A stretch of DNA of 63,723 nucleotides, the filler included, from Bigelowiella natans CCMP2755 (lineage: Eukaryota; Protista; Cercozoa): the NCBI GenBank assembly GCA_000320545.1. It is 4 parts of 4 records of this genome, joined end to end, with 100 filler letters (N's around TTAATTAATTAA, not from the genome) between each part and the next. Parts side by side here need not be neighbours in the genome. Positions count along the whole stretch, not along the records: positions 1 to 30,185 come from ADNK01002270.1; 3 more parts are not named here. One strand, given 5' to 3'. Both the position numbers and the translations under genes were made by a program. The notes beneath the pieces were generated by a model. That model was given only the letters and a program-made list of their open reading frames with translations. It did not search any database and had not been told where the DNA came from. Shown in pieces: positions 12,287 to 25,704 of the stretch (positions are counted from its first letter, which is position 1; every line of letters begins with the position of its first letter).

Positions 12287-15200
12287 TTAATTATCGTTAT
12301 CAACGCCATCTCTGTCGTCCTCGTCAAAACCTTTGTTTTCTATGGTTGGAGCTGGAACTCTGGGCGATGGAGTGATCTGTTCACTTCCTGCTTCCGTCAA
12401 TTGAGCTGCACTTCCAACATCTAAAGGCTTCATTGTCGTAATTGTACTCGAAGATATGTTCATAGGGTCAAGACCTGGACTGCTTCGATGTCTTGCTGAT
12501 AACATTTCTTGCGTCCCTTGAGATTGCGATCGCAATCGTCTGGTGCCATAGCCTGGACGTCCTTTAATAGATCCAATTCTCTGTCGTGATTGGGGAGCTC
12601 CGACAAGCCATGATGGCCTCTCAGAGCCCTGGACAGGAACATCTAGTATTCCTCGTCCTCCATATTTACTTTCCGCATCTAATTTGGTATCTAGAGGAAG
12701 CTTAGTGTCTAGTTCCACGACCGATATACCAAATTTGGACTTCGATTTGATGCTGCTTAGCAGTGAGTCTGAATTTTTAACCTGATAAATCTCCAGCTGG
12801 ATAGCTGTTTGAATGAAGCGCTTCATTAGCTCGCCCTTTTTGGTGTAAAAGACAAACTTTTTCTGCTGCACAACATCTCCAACCACTAAAATAAATTTAG
12901 TTTTCGAGTGACCCCATGTTACAATATCTTTTAACGAATAGTTGTTTGTAATGGATAAGTCCACTGGGTGTTGAAACACGACCCCACTAGAAGAGATTCC
13001 TACATTGAAAAAGTCAGGAAGCCGGCGCAGCTGCTTTCGCTGCTCCACCGGAAAAAAATGGACTCCATAAGTACTACTTCTTTGAGTGTAAGCTATGAAA
13101 CTCCTTTTGCACGTTCCTGTGGAACACTTGGTAAGCTTCTTATATTTTTCAACCATCTTAGTCATGACGTTATTGAGAGCTTTTTCGCCTGCCACAGTCT
13201 GGAAATTTTCCTCAATAAAGGACGCTGGAATATACTTGGGAAGGATTCTTGCAAATAAAATCTCATCCGCAGGGTTGAGAACTTCCTTTTCCTCCTCATG
13301 AATTTTCAACATTAATGCACAAAGCTTAGGAAGATCCCTTTCTGAATACGACAACTTGCCTTGCATGAAATCCCTTCGTGACTGTTCGTACAATATTTCA
13401 ATAGCTACAGGGTCGTCTAGTAGTTGCTTCATTCTATATCGGCCTGCTATTGGAACTGGTAATTTGCATTGAAAAAGAAAATACTCATATCGCGCCTGCG
13501 CTCGTCGGGATCTCCTAGTACCGCGCGCTCGGCGCGTGGATCTACCCCCAAGGCTGTTTCGTTTCAAGCTTCCGGGGGGAACAGATTGCGCTCTTCTACG
13601 TTTGCTTGCTTTCTCAAGCTTCTCGTCCGATATTGCTTTAAAGTATAGACTACGATTTTTGCTATTTTCTTCCAATAGATCTCTATTGTTTTCTAAGCTC
13701 GCTTGCCATGAAGACATTACATCTAAAACGCGTCTCCTTTCCAGAAGAGGCTCGAACGCGAAGTCATTCGCTTCAAACAGACCAAAACAGGTAGTAAAGG
13801 TAAGGCCAAGTTTCTTGAACATGATATGCTCTACCTCAGCTATCAGTGTGAATGGATCGATTCCAATCTCTATACTTTTTGCCTCAGACCCAGAGGTATA
13901 AGGAAGACGGACTGTAATTGGAATAAGAGTAAAGTCCTGTAAATGCTTCAGTTCAACCCCCAAGGGCACTTCTTCAGCCTCTGGGTGAAGAGCGATGATA
14001 TGCATGAGTTTCTTCGCCTGCAAAGACTTCTCCTTTACTTCTTGAAATTGTGTATTCTTAATGGTTTTCTCCACATACCCTAACACCTCATCATGATTCG
14101 AGGGTCTAAACGACATGAGGCACAATAGCAAGAGGGTCCACCCTTCTAGGCAACGGTTCATATCAGGATGCCCATTTACCTGCTTGCAAATTTGGAGATA
14201 GAGCTCGTCTCGAATCGAAGGCTCTGATAGTAGGGCGATTCGATGTAAAGTTTTAGCTTGCTCTTCTTGTGGTTTTCTGGATTTTTTATCGCCCATGAAG
14301 CACATTACTGCCTTAAACATGTGGATGGCAAGATCATCGTTCTTACGATTTGCCTCTAGAAGAGCAGTTGATATCACAGAGTCTTCATGAGTCATCAAAT
14401 CACTTTCTTCGACCGGCTGACCATATTTAAACATACGTTTAAAAAAACCCTTTCGGTGCTTCTTTGAGAATATGAGTTTTGATGCCACGGATTCCTCATC
14501 GCTACTCATGTCTACATCACTCTCATTCCCTTTTGACATTTCATCGTCTTCTTCGACGGCAGAAAGGAAACCTTTAGCTTTCCCAGATCTAGCAAATTCC
14601 AGAAGGCCATATCGCAGCTGGATCATAGTATCTAAACTTGTTGGCTTGAATTTCAACACGGATTCAGCAAAGCTCTCTACCAGAGCTGGATTGTAGCCTA
14701 GATCGTCGGCATAAAGTTTAGGTCTGTGGGTTTCATCGCTCTTCTGAGAATTATTATCATGACTTCTGTTGGTACTAGCCTCGTGGAAAGCTTGTATCTT
14801 GTCTAAATTATCTTTTGAGCTTGGTGGCTTCGTAGTGTCAAGTGTGTAGACACTTTCCATGTCTCCTGCAGTTGTGGGAATTTGCAACTTGGGATTTCTA
14901 TTTTCGAATGGATTTCTTTGTCCTGAGTCTGGCGTGGAAGTTGACTGTCGTCTCACCATATCAAAAATCCCTTCAACAGTACCATCCTTTGATTTCATCT
15001 TATCAGAGTAACGAATCCAAGTGGCAATTGTCTTCACAGCTATGATGCATTCTTCTGATAAATTTCGAAATATTTTAGCTGCTGTAAAAAGTTCTTCCGT
15101 AGCCTTTAGCCGTGCCCTTGATCCTTTATGAAAAAGCATAATGAGATCAAGAGCATAAAGGCTCTCATGATCCAAATTTAGAAAACTACCTAAATTTTCT

Positions 15201-16830
15201 TGCAGAGGAATAACGGTTCGCATTATCGTCTTTGCCCGACCAAGCTTCATCCCAGCATCAAGCAGGTCTTTTAAGCGGAGTTCTTCAAGCGTCTCACCAT
15301 CAATTTCCATTCCCTCGATCTCACTCGCAAGTTCTTTTTTGAGCCCTTTTTGGACCAAAAGGATATTAACTTGCTTTGGAGTGAATGATTTCCAGGATTC
15401 CTGTATAGGCGGAGTATCACTTCTCTAAATTATTTAGTGGGTATATATTATGGACTGCAACATTATCCTTATTCTGATAAATAAACCTTATCTTCCACAG
15501 GGGAAAGAGTAATCAATGTGGTACTCATCCCAACGGAAGATTTTGAATCCTTCAAATATAGAATAACAAATGTAAATTTATGTATGTATGTGTAACTGAA
15601 GGTATCTGGGTTCATCAATATTTACACAGAAATAATATTTCTTTTAATTTGTTTTCATATTTGAACTTCGCATCAACAGCGATTCTCTCACATTCTTTAA
15701 ACATCGAAAAATCTTACCGCCGTAATTTCAGCTTTCTTCTCTTTAGAATTTCCTTTATCTTGTGTTTGCAAACTCTTGCTACTTAACGATTTGAGCATGT
15801 TCTCGCTATCGGTTTTACCTTTCATTTCTTTTTCCATAGATGGAATTTCATCTTTTTTTGTGATCATCTTTTTTTCTGGTTCTTCCTTAATCTTCGTCTT
15901 CGTTAGCGGCACAGCAGAGGTGGAATCTTTTGAAGATTCCTTTTTTGATTCCTAGGATTATTGCGAAAATTTATTAAGTTTTCATGAATATAGAAATTCG
16001 AAACCTATATCAACAACGGTTCTACCTCCGCCCCGCCTTTCCAAAATTTCTTCGCATTAATCTTATTCTTACTTGGCCCTTTTTTGAGCATCGACTTTTT
16101 TGAATTACTTTTCATTAATGGCACCTGTTGAGAGATATTTCTCTAGCAAATAACAGTGTAAGACAAATAAAATTTACTATGAAGTTCCATGATACCTTTG
16201 ATTCGTGTTTTTTCTTTGTTGCCCCAGAAAATTTTGAACTTTTTTTGGGTTCAGGGCTCTTACTTTTTCGCTTAGCTACTGATTTCTTCGTGACACTATT
16301 CTGCTGGATCAAAAGTGATTTAATGGCTTAGTATACGCTAAAACAATAAGAAAACCTTTGATTCAGGTTTGGATCGAGGAATCTTGAAACTGAGAGTGTA
16401 TGGCTCTCTTTTCTCATTACGTTGTTTAAGCGCATTAAGGATTTGGCTTTTTTTTGACACATTTACGTTCCCGACCTGTGCAAGTCGTATCCGTATTAAA
16501 ATAAGATACGTATCATAATTACGATATACCTTCATGAGCTGCCATCCCAGTTTAACCCCTTTTTGTTCCACCTGGCCACCAGGCGTGATCTTTCGAACGA
16601 GAACACCATTTTTGCCTATTTGATATTTATGAGGTAACATTTCAATTTCATTAAAAACAAACCAACCTGTATTCTCGAAGCTAAATCCAAGGGTTCCACA
16701 CTCGACTGTAATTACTACTTCCTAAACATATTACGTGTAAAACATCATTCTGTAAAACATCATTCTGAAATGGTGGAATTAGTTCTATTGTATCACCTTT
16801 TGATCTGTTGTGTTGACTTGGCTGTTTTCT
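12287..16830 (-). CDS. PDZ-SAM-MyTH4-FERM protein (no motor domain seen); large 3' exon 12287-~15400 plus short 5' exons
   Basis: MyTH4: LAIHMFKAVMCFMGD...IRDELYLQICKQ...GWTLLLLCLMSFRPS. FERM: FGLFEA...YGVHFFPVEQ...VGISSSGV...IVTWGHS. SAM-like: EIDGETLEELRLKDLLDAGMKLGRAKTI. PDZ split over exons: CGTLGFSF|GKNGVLVRKITPGGQVEQKGVKLGW|VGNVNV. 5' end uncertain. Confidence 0.88.
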
Positions 16831-17240
16831 ATCTACAACAAATGCGCAAAATTTATCTATTCTGTATTCTAATAGACAGCTATCGAAGTCACGTACCATT
16901 TAACGCAAGCCCCTATAACGAAGCGCTTTGGTACAACGTTAGATTAGTTCCACTTCATTCAGGTAACCTCGCCTGAGAAACGAATGGGAGCGCACAATTG
17001 ATTTGTGATCTGCGATATTTTGTTTACATAATAACCTATTTTTCATGTCGCGGAATGTAAACAACATGCATTTCAAAGGTTATGTGCCTCTGTTTGTGAG
17101 TGACTCACAACATTGCGGCGATTTTCTTCTTCCACAACAAAATCAGAAGGAAAAACTATTAAAACGGATTGCATTTGTTACTTACGACAACCTTTCAGGA
17201 CGTTTTAATGCACCGTGCAACAAATTATCCATCGCTCATC

Positions 17241-18636
17241 ATGTCCGTGAAGGGGCGGAGGGCCGAGATTGACCATCTATTCTCGGAGCGAATACCAGCG
17301 CACATAGCTGCCGGCGGACATTTGTTGGAGCCATCCGAACGGCTAGGTGCATGCACACGTTATGCATTAGCTTATTTTACGGGAGCTACAAAGAGGATTA
17401 CACATAGAGACTTTTGTACTTGAAGATTGCAATGTTTCCTCTCTGTTTAGTCCGATTTTATTGTTTTCACTTATTCGAGAAGGTAATGAGGAAGAGGAAG
17501 AAGGCGAACGCCAAATATCAAATAAATTGGAAGAAATCTCTTGATCTAATAAGGGTCTTATTTTATGTTCAGAAATAGCAGTGGAGGTAGAAGCACAATT
17601 TCGAAACATGGAGAATGCTAGTGATTCCAAGAAAAAGCATCCATTATCGTTATACTTACGGACGCTAGTTCACAATACTAACATCATAGATGAGAAATGG
17701 CACGCAGATGCAGTAGATACCCTTTGTGCAGTGTATTCAATCCAACCCGATGATGATATCAAACTACAAGGCATTTTTTGCGAAGTTGCTGCACTTGCTG
17801 CAATTGTTTCCGCAAGATCTACTTTTTATAAGGCATTAGGAGAAGACATTCCACCGTTGTCAAAGTTAGTCAACAATGTGCTAACATCCAAGACTGCTTC
17901 GCAAGATGGTTTTAATAAGACGATTTCTTCCGAAACTGTTCGAGTCATTTCCTTGTACAAGCCAACTTATCAACGGTTTGGGAAATCTGTAAAAAGTTTT
18001 AGCGGATACTATTTTTCACAAAAATCAAAGTTTACAGATCATCTCCGACGCGTTTTTTCAAATCCCGTATTCTGGATCAGTCCCGCGCACACTGTTGCCC
18101 CGTCACCAAAGGAATTGGTTTTTATTTTGCAAGAATGCTTACCCACTCTCTACATGCCGGATGAAGATGTGATGAAACTTTACATAGACGTCAAAGCGAG
18201 GTACCGTCGCTTAGCAACACGTGCTCAGATCGAAACAGTTGCTGAAGCTTTTTCTGCTGCAAAGTCATGCAGTTTTTGACAGAAAGCTCACTCCGGGCTA
18301 CGAGACGTGATTCTGACCTGGAGAATTGCACCTCCTCCTCCCAAAAGCAAAAAACTTAAGGCTTTTGGGAGGGCATTAGGGAGCAATCCCTTGAATGATA
18401 AAGCGATTGAGCTAGCACGAAACGCCTTACAGACGGCGTCTTGTGATGAAGGCCTGGTTCTTGAGTCTGCGAGTTCTTGTGCAGCTTTTATGTTGCTAAC
18501 ACAGTTAAGCAGCACTTTTGGCAAGGAAGTTCCAAAACCAATGGAGATGTTCATGGACATCGTATCAGCATTGGGCCGAAATAAACATCTAATTGCATTA
18601 CTTACAGTCCTTGGCTTATTTGCATACTATCGTTAA
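17241..18636 (+). CDS. AhpD/alkylhydroperoxidase-related candidate selenoprotein (exons 17241-17346 and 17573-18636; in-frame TGA 18277-18279 read as Sec)
   Basis: GT-AG splicing joins ...EPSERL-E-IAVEV in frame. Motif RAQIETVAEAFSAAKSC-S-F-TGA-Q-K-A-H matches AhpD CxxCxxxH with U at the second Cys. The frame stays open 118 more codons, with AhpD-like helices and a C-terminal hydrophobic anchor. Confidence 0.8.
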
Positions 18637-18689
18637 CTCATACATAGATTGTGGAGACTGTGTTCTACAGGGATGGAAAGACTATTTGG

Positions 18690-20030
18690 CCAGACAAGTG
18701 TGACAATTACAAAATGAAGCATCCATGCCTCAAAGCTGAATGTTCAGCACACATGCGCATGCTGAGAAGATTCAACATTGCTACAACATGGCTCAACCAT
18801 TCAAATTCATGCATTTTGAAATGTGCTTCATTTCTCGATCCAGCGGTCCTATTTTTCAATGGATCTGGAAAAATCCCAACACATTCACAATTCACGAAAG
18901 CTTCAGCGTGAACAATTGCAGTTGCACATCCGTTGGCACCGCGAATGATCATCATCAACACGTCGCAACGGCCACCACAGCCAGGCCCGGGCGTGATCTG
19001 TGATCCCGGATTTTCGTTGCAAAATCCATTTTGCGTGCGCATGCGTTCACATTCTAGAACATTGCTTTCACATGCACATTGTGTCTGATTGCGATGTCGG
19101 TCACACATGCCAGTGTGGGACCTTTTCGTTGCAAATTCCATGGTCATGCACGAAACGAATTGCGCTTCAAAAATTTTTGTGTTTTGTGCCACCTTTCGGT
19201 TTTGTTTCCACGTTTGGTGTGTGATGTGCAAGCAATGATGAAAATGATTGTTGTGACCGCCAGTGGCGGTGTCTGCGATGTGGGCAGAGCCCACCTGCTT
19301 CGCAAAGCAATGCGACTGCGTTGTGCGACTGCATCCTAGCAGTGGTGGTCTACGTCAGACTCGTCTTCCTGATTGAGTGCACATGTTTAGCGGGCTGTGC
19401 AATGACTCGATGGGACACCAAAATTGTGCGATGCATGGCTGGGACACAGCAAAGCTTGTTGATCAAACACGCACAAACAAGAACTTGAGTTCATGCATGT
19501 GTGTAGCCGATGCAAATGAAAACGAATGGATTGATTTTGACACAGACACAACTGAAGACAATTGAAAATGTCCGTCAAAGTAGCGGATGGATGCTCATCA
19601 TCATGGACATGCAACATCATGCATGCAATGTGCATGTTGTCGTTTGGTTGTCATTTGCTCATTTCAAAGGCTGCTGTTTTCACACCAACTGCTAATTTTT
19701 TCTCCAGCGCCATTGCTAAGAATTTTGGCATCGCAACGGATCTGGGGTACACTGAAAAAAAAGAAAACGCTCTGCATGCATGCACCATTACTGCAGATTT
19801 GCACATCTCTAGACCTAGCAGAGACAAGTGCGCATTCTTCGCACATCTGAAAGGGCATGCATGTGCTCCGATGGTCTGCAAAATGCATGACTGAAATGGA
19901 AAAACTCAACGGCTAAGTGTGCTTTGCAGAAACGAATTTGCTCCATTCAGCGAGCTAGCGAGACAGGAGACACGTTGGCACACTTATCAAACACACTGCA
20001 CATCAACAAGATCCTCAATGATAAAAAATC
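18690..20030. other. TpA-depleted island B
   Basis: Very few TA (mostly CTA/TAG), abundant TGCA/CATG/CACA, and His/Cys/Met-rich spurious ORFs in all frames. Confidence 0.8.
18700..18780 (+). promoter_or_regulatory. Candidate type II SECIS element
   Basis: ATGA (18714-18717), GCAT/ATGC and CATG/CATG pairing, AAA (18732-18734), apical mini-stem GCTGA-atgt-TCAGC and closing GA (18764-18765), ~80 nt after the stop codon. Spacings are slightly longer than canonical. Confidence 0.5.
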
Positions 20031-20038
20031 TGCTTTGG

Positions 20039-20318
20039 TCAAGATGCTTTGTAGGACTTCTTTAACTCGTCCGAAACCTCCTCTATTGTGCCTAGGCCTT
20101 CGACAGAATACCTGCGCCATACGTGTGTGATGGGAGTGACAGTGTGTGATTGGCTACTTCCTTCTATGATCGAACAAATTCGCAGCAACACATATGTGTG
20201 TGTTGGATGTGGCGAGATCGCTGAAATTGATTAGTAATGGGAATGTACGCACATCAAGAATATTCATATGTCGCGGGACACATAAGATGAATAGACAAAC
20301 CACTCCTCTTAACAAACG

Positions 20319-20353
<35 letters not shown>

Positions 20354-20847
20354 ACGCGTGCGCGCACATCAAAGGTTAAAATGTTCAGAGTTTAAAGGAC
20401 ATAATGTATACATCTTTCAATAATTAAAAAAAAGGAACTTATTCTCATATTATAGCATTTCGATAAGTTCCTCAAACATCAACAAAGCGCGTGCATACTC
20501 ACAGCCGATGGTCCGTCATAAGAAAAAGCAGCACATCGCGAAGTGTGCGCTTCTCCTTCGCCAGCATTTCCACGTTCTTCACACTCCTGTGATTTCAGAC
20601 ATCGAAGGAAAGAATACTGAGGGGAAGAGGGGGCTAGGCTCGGTGAAAATGTCGGACATATATCATGGATGCTCGCACGCCTTTTCAACAAGCAATTACT
20701 GCTGGGGTATGTTAAAGTAGAACTCTTTGCTAAAATAAGCGAGCACTGACCTTGCCTCTCGAAGCTCCCTAACTCGCACCTCATCTTCTGTAAGGCCGAC
20801 ATTTTCTGGGTTATTGTCATCAAATGGCGATGTGAAATATTATATTT

Positions 20848-20917
<70 letters not shown>

Positions 20918-22001
20918 GTATATCGGCCAGCTTGTTTCTTGCAATTCCCCCTCGTCATATGTCCTGTTGTGCTCGTCTCTCGGTCAGTTGAATAGTAGCT
21001 ATATTCGAGCATATCACGGAAGAGAGCAAACAAAAACGACCTGTGCCTATGTAAGTAAGAGAGTATCGATCGCGGGGCAGTGTTGCGGATTCACTGGCGA
21101 TTGCTGCAGCAGCAGCAGCCTCGCGGTCCTCATTTCCATCGCCTTGGACTCCCTCTGAGGGCAGAGCATTGACCCCGAAGATCCAGTCAAAGATTGCCCT
21201 GAAACAACACAAGAGCATAATTCACTCTTATTCCTCACACGCTTCGATCCCTCGCGCGGAAAACGGGAAAACATCGTATTAACCACGCGACATTAATGCT
21301 CCCCTTCGCAGGTTCGGTTGCTCCTTACCTTGTGCGGGGCGCGTGGAACGAGGAGGTGACTACCTGCTCACAGTAGCAATGCATCAACGTCAGGTGATAG
21401 TCCTCCCTCCGTGTCATGTGGGAAGTCTTAATGAAGTTGCTATGCGGAATTGTGCTCTTCTTAATGAAGTCGGCATGCATGCGGAATTGTTCATGCGGAA
21501 AGACGCCGTCGACATGCAAGCGCGGTCGTTATCAGAGGAGATTCATTGGGGTTGGCGGAGAGGCGCATCGTTCCGAATCAAACCTAGCACCGGCATGCAG
21601 TCGAAAACGGCATCATGCCAAAAGCTATTCTACGCGAGACAGCGGGAAATGCGGCGAGGAGGCGTCGATACCCACAAACACTTCCAGCCCATTACATCGG
21701 CGAATTCTGGATTTATACGGCAAAGCACAACTCAGTGATCAAAACGCGGTTTTCAACGTGCTATTGCTAATATCATCATCCCTCGTCTTTACAAGGGGGG
21801 TGGATTGGAAAACAGCTTCGCAGCGAAATGTAAGGCCCAAAACGGCTGCTCTAATCGACTCACGTGTTCTTGTGAAGTAAGCATTCGCTATTGTGTCAAA
21901 CGAAGTCGTCTCCATCAAAATCATCTTCGGGTCAATACCATGCTTGTTTACCTATCCGCGCCATAGCATATACATGTTATATGAAAATCATTCAGTTGAT
22001 A

Positions 22002-22038
<37 letters not shown>

Positions 22039-22590
22039 GTTTATGTTTATGTATATATTGTGACTCTAACATCCTAACATCTTTGACAAAGATATAAAAA
22101 TACATATAATACAAAATGATTGTGACAAAGTCTACTAATCCCACTGCGCCTACCCCCACTACTCCTCCTACAACTCCTACGACTGGTAGTGCAACCAGAT
22201 AGTCTGCAGAGGCATGCGACTCGTACAACGGCATGCCATTTTCGAACAGTGTCATCGCGGCGTGCTATGAAAAAAAGGGGGGGGGGACACAGCAAAGAAG
22301 GACGAAGACAGCCACGTACAACACACCATTTAAATCAAAGCTTTGCCTGTGGACGTTTGTGTATTCATAAGTGAAACGCGAGTGGCCATGGCCATGTCTA
22401 TGGGCGCTGTATATCCATTAATGAAAAGCGAGCGTCTACTAAATAGCCGCAGATGCGTTCTTTTTGAAAAATTAAAAACGAAAGGCCATCCAGTATATGT
22501 TATGAGTCGAGATTTTTAGTCGGTTCTTGTAGCTCACCGCAGACCCCGCGCTGATAGGCACTATATACACGTTCCTTCCGTGTTTCTGCC

Positions 22591-22631
<41 letters not shown>

Positions 22632-23164
22632 GCATCTTGTTAGCCCCCCACGTGTGTGCGGTAGTGTGCAGCATGGCTCCGTGCCGCGCAGGTACATCGT
22701 AACAGACGAAGGGAAGGTCAGTTGCGACCAACGATGCGGCTATTGAAAGTTAGTGTTCGGAGAACAGCAGATGCAAAGACCGCTCATGTATGCTCAGTGG
22801 CACTGCAAACAGGGAAGATATAGATAATGCGCCCAAGGCGCGGATGCGCGCTTGTGCTAGCAGCTCGGGGGGCAGCCGAATGCTCTGACCTTCGCCTCTT
22901 TGTGAATCTTTGCCGCTATATCACATCGGTTTTTCACGAATTCTGGGGGATTGTGCACGTCCTTGGGCCGACCCCCGCCGAGGACAACAATGGCGTCTGG
23001 AAGCGTGCACTTCGCCTTTATCGGTGACGTCGATGCGGCCAAAGCCTCTGTTACGCGCTGGTAGATGTGCGATATTGAGAAGGGGGGGGTGAAGGAAGTC
23101 GTGAAAAGGAATAGCAGCTGGTATAATTGATAATTATGTAGACATACAAGCACATAAATACACG

Positions 23165-23246
<82 letters not shown>

Positions 23247-24011
23247 GAGAGAGAGGGGGAAAGAGACGAGAGGTAAACACATATCATCTACTACACACTA
23301 TCTAAATTATGCAGCTGAGTAGACCATCTTCTCGATGTATCTTTCACTATTTAATTTGGTCATCTTCTACCTTCAATGCAGCATCAGCGCTCAGTATCTG
23401 TTACACACACACACACCCACACACACACACACACATACATATACTTTATGAGCAGGGGGTAATATGTGTACGCGCATCTACATTCCTATCATAACTGCAT
23501 TTAGATTCAAGGTGAGGACATTTGTTTCTTGCAATTTTCCGATTCCTAAACATAACCCCGCCTCAAGTGCTAGGCATTGCTGACTCTACTACCGAGTTAG
23601 GAAAGCGGTTCCAACTAGTGTCCCAAGTTTGTCCGGCCGCAGTTGTCATGGAACGATACACAGCCGAACACATGTCTCCATAAGATTAATCTCAAAGATT
23701 TCGATTGCTATGCATGGGTGCTAGCGCACGCGGTTACCTTGCAATGGCCAAAGATGGACGAGATTTGGATTCGTTTCTCAGTGAGAACGCTGCGTAGCCC
23801 TGACTTAGCACGAGCAAGATGCCTGAAACACGTTGTAAAGGCATCAACAACACAATAGCTCGTATGGATGTTGTAAGGGAAGAATGCATTTAAATGCAGT
23901 CACTTTTGAACATAAATAAAATCTTAGAAGACTACAAACCAGAAAGTAAAATGGCGCCTCCGGTGATCCATCGTTGATGTGCCGTAAACGAGGAGAGCGT
24001 TGAAGGCATCC
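20039..24011 (-). CDS. DUF218 / YdcF-like protein, multi-exon
   Basis: Exons give DAIVVLGGG...RCDIA, IVPISAGSA|HAAM...GMPLYESHASADYL, ILMETTSFDTIANAYFTR, VVTSSFHAPRT|RAIFDWIFG, ENVGLTEDEVRVRELREAR, TLRDVLLFLMTDHRL|YSVEGL...KAS*. Stop at 20039-20041. The 5' end (possible MPSTLSS...GAILLS leader) is uncertain. Confidence 0.85.
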
Positions 24012-24383
24012 TCGCCTTCAAGCAGCCATTACTGTGAATATCAATTAAAAGACGGTGCTCAGTTATGTTGAGAATCGATGACTTCGATTAAGATAGTAAT
24101 ATCACCAGAAGTCCTTGCTTTTGTCAGCCAGACCTGATCGTCCCCTCATTCTAATTATCAAAGCTACACGTGCCCTCCCCTATAGCGCCATGAGGACTCC
24201 GGAAGAGCAGGGCGCAGCCGATGGGGAAACCTGCAACTTTTGGAAATAATACGGATTATTTCCTTGACGCTGATTAGAAACCGCATAGTTTTTTGGTTTA
24301 AAGCAAAGAGTTCAAGTAAAATCAAAAATCGACCCGGATACATCTAAGAGGCACGTCAAAGCTGGGGAGGCTCTCCTGACATT

Positions 24384-24416
24384 GCACGTAAAAGAGCACG
24401 TAAAAGAGCACGTAAA
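24384..24416. repeat. 12-bp tandem repeat GCACGTAAAAGA x~3 in a divergent intergenic region
   Basis: gcacgtaaaaga gcacgtaaaaga gcacgtaaa. Confidence 0.8.
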
Positions 24417-24659
24417 CTCTTCCGAAAAAAATTATCCAATTCAAGGCTGCGACAGCATTTTATTCCTGATTTCAGCTGAAAATGCATCGTTCTTTTGGAA
24501 AACTTCTCCGGTCGGTCTTCAATACACAGCGGTAGCTCGAGGTATTTTACGAAACATTGCTTTTTTTGGCCAAAAATATCCATAAATTGTGTGCATTTTG
24601 ATGATTTCGGTTTTCGAAATGCTCTTCTTAGAGCTCACATAATCTGAATGAATCGGAGT

Positions 24660-25656
24660 ATGGAGAAGATGGTTGCCTCCGAAGGCGTGTCCTCTGACCT
24701 ACCTGACTCATCGCCCGCAATGGCAGGTTAGTCGATTTTTGTTTAGCGGATTGGGATCAATGCACTATGGATGTGGTTTTGTAAGTGGTTGTGCTGTTGT
24801 GATCGTTTCATTACCCTCTTGCGCGACAACATCAGAGTTGGTTGGATACCCCCACGCTTCAACTCCCAACGCGGAAGTCGAAGCTCGACTGGATGGGAAC
24901 GTAGTCATTGCTTGTGAATGCCTCTTGTGCAAGATGTGATGAGATGAATGCTCGATGTGCAGCGTATGCTGTAATTCGTTGAAGGCTAAAATCACAATGT
25001 TGGGTTGAAATCGTATTCGCACGTTCACTTCGACCCAGCGAAGTGTTATCCCTAACATCACGTCTTTGTGATTGGCTACTTCATTATTCCTTAGATTGCA
25101 TACACACGGGAGGAGTTCGACTCTTACTACGGCCCTCTTGCAGAGGAAAAATGGTAAATTCGTGCTACATTGGTCAATATCTCCAACTGTACGATATAAT
25201 GCCGTTTGCACGGGATCAAAATATTGATTTGTCGGTGCTTTCAGGGAGAAGGCTATCTCGCTTCCTAGGACGAAATGTGAGGCTCTGTTTGAAGACGGCA
25301 AGTTCTACCCAGTACTTTATATGCCTTTGAGTTCATTGATATATCAATATATGATTCTGCATGTATTAATATATCAATGTAAATCCATCTTTATAAATCC
25401 ATCTTTATTCGTCCATCACCCGCGAGATGACACGGCAGTATGAGTTCTTGGAATTCGCGTACTATTTGTATACGAAATGTAGCGAGCAATGTCGATATCG
25501 TGATGGCAAGTCGCTACAATGGGTGTGTGTGTGTGCAGTGATCTGATATTACTACCACAAAATACAATACAACAGGCAAAATATACTCGGCGCCGGCCAG
25601 ATATCAACTTTGTCAGGTGCTGAATCGTCGTATTAGTAGCTTTCTCTGATATATAT

Positions 25657-25704
<48 letters not shown>

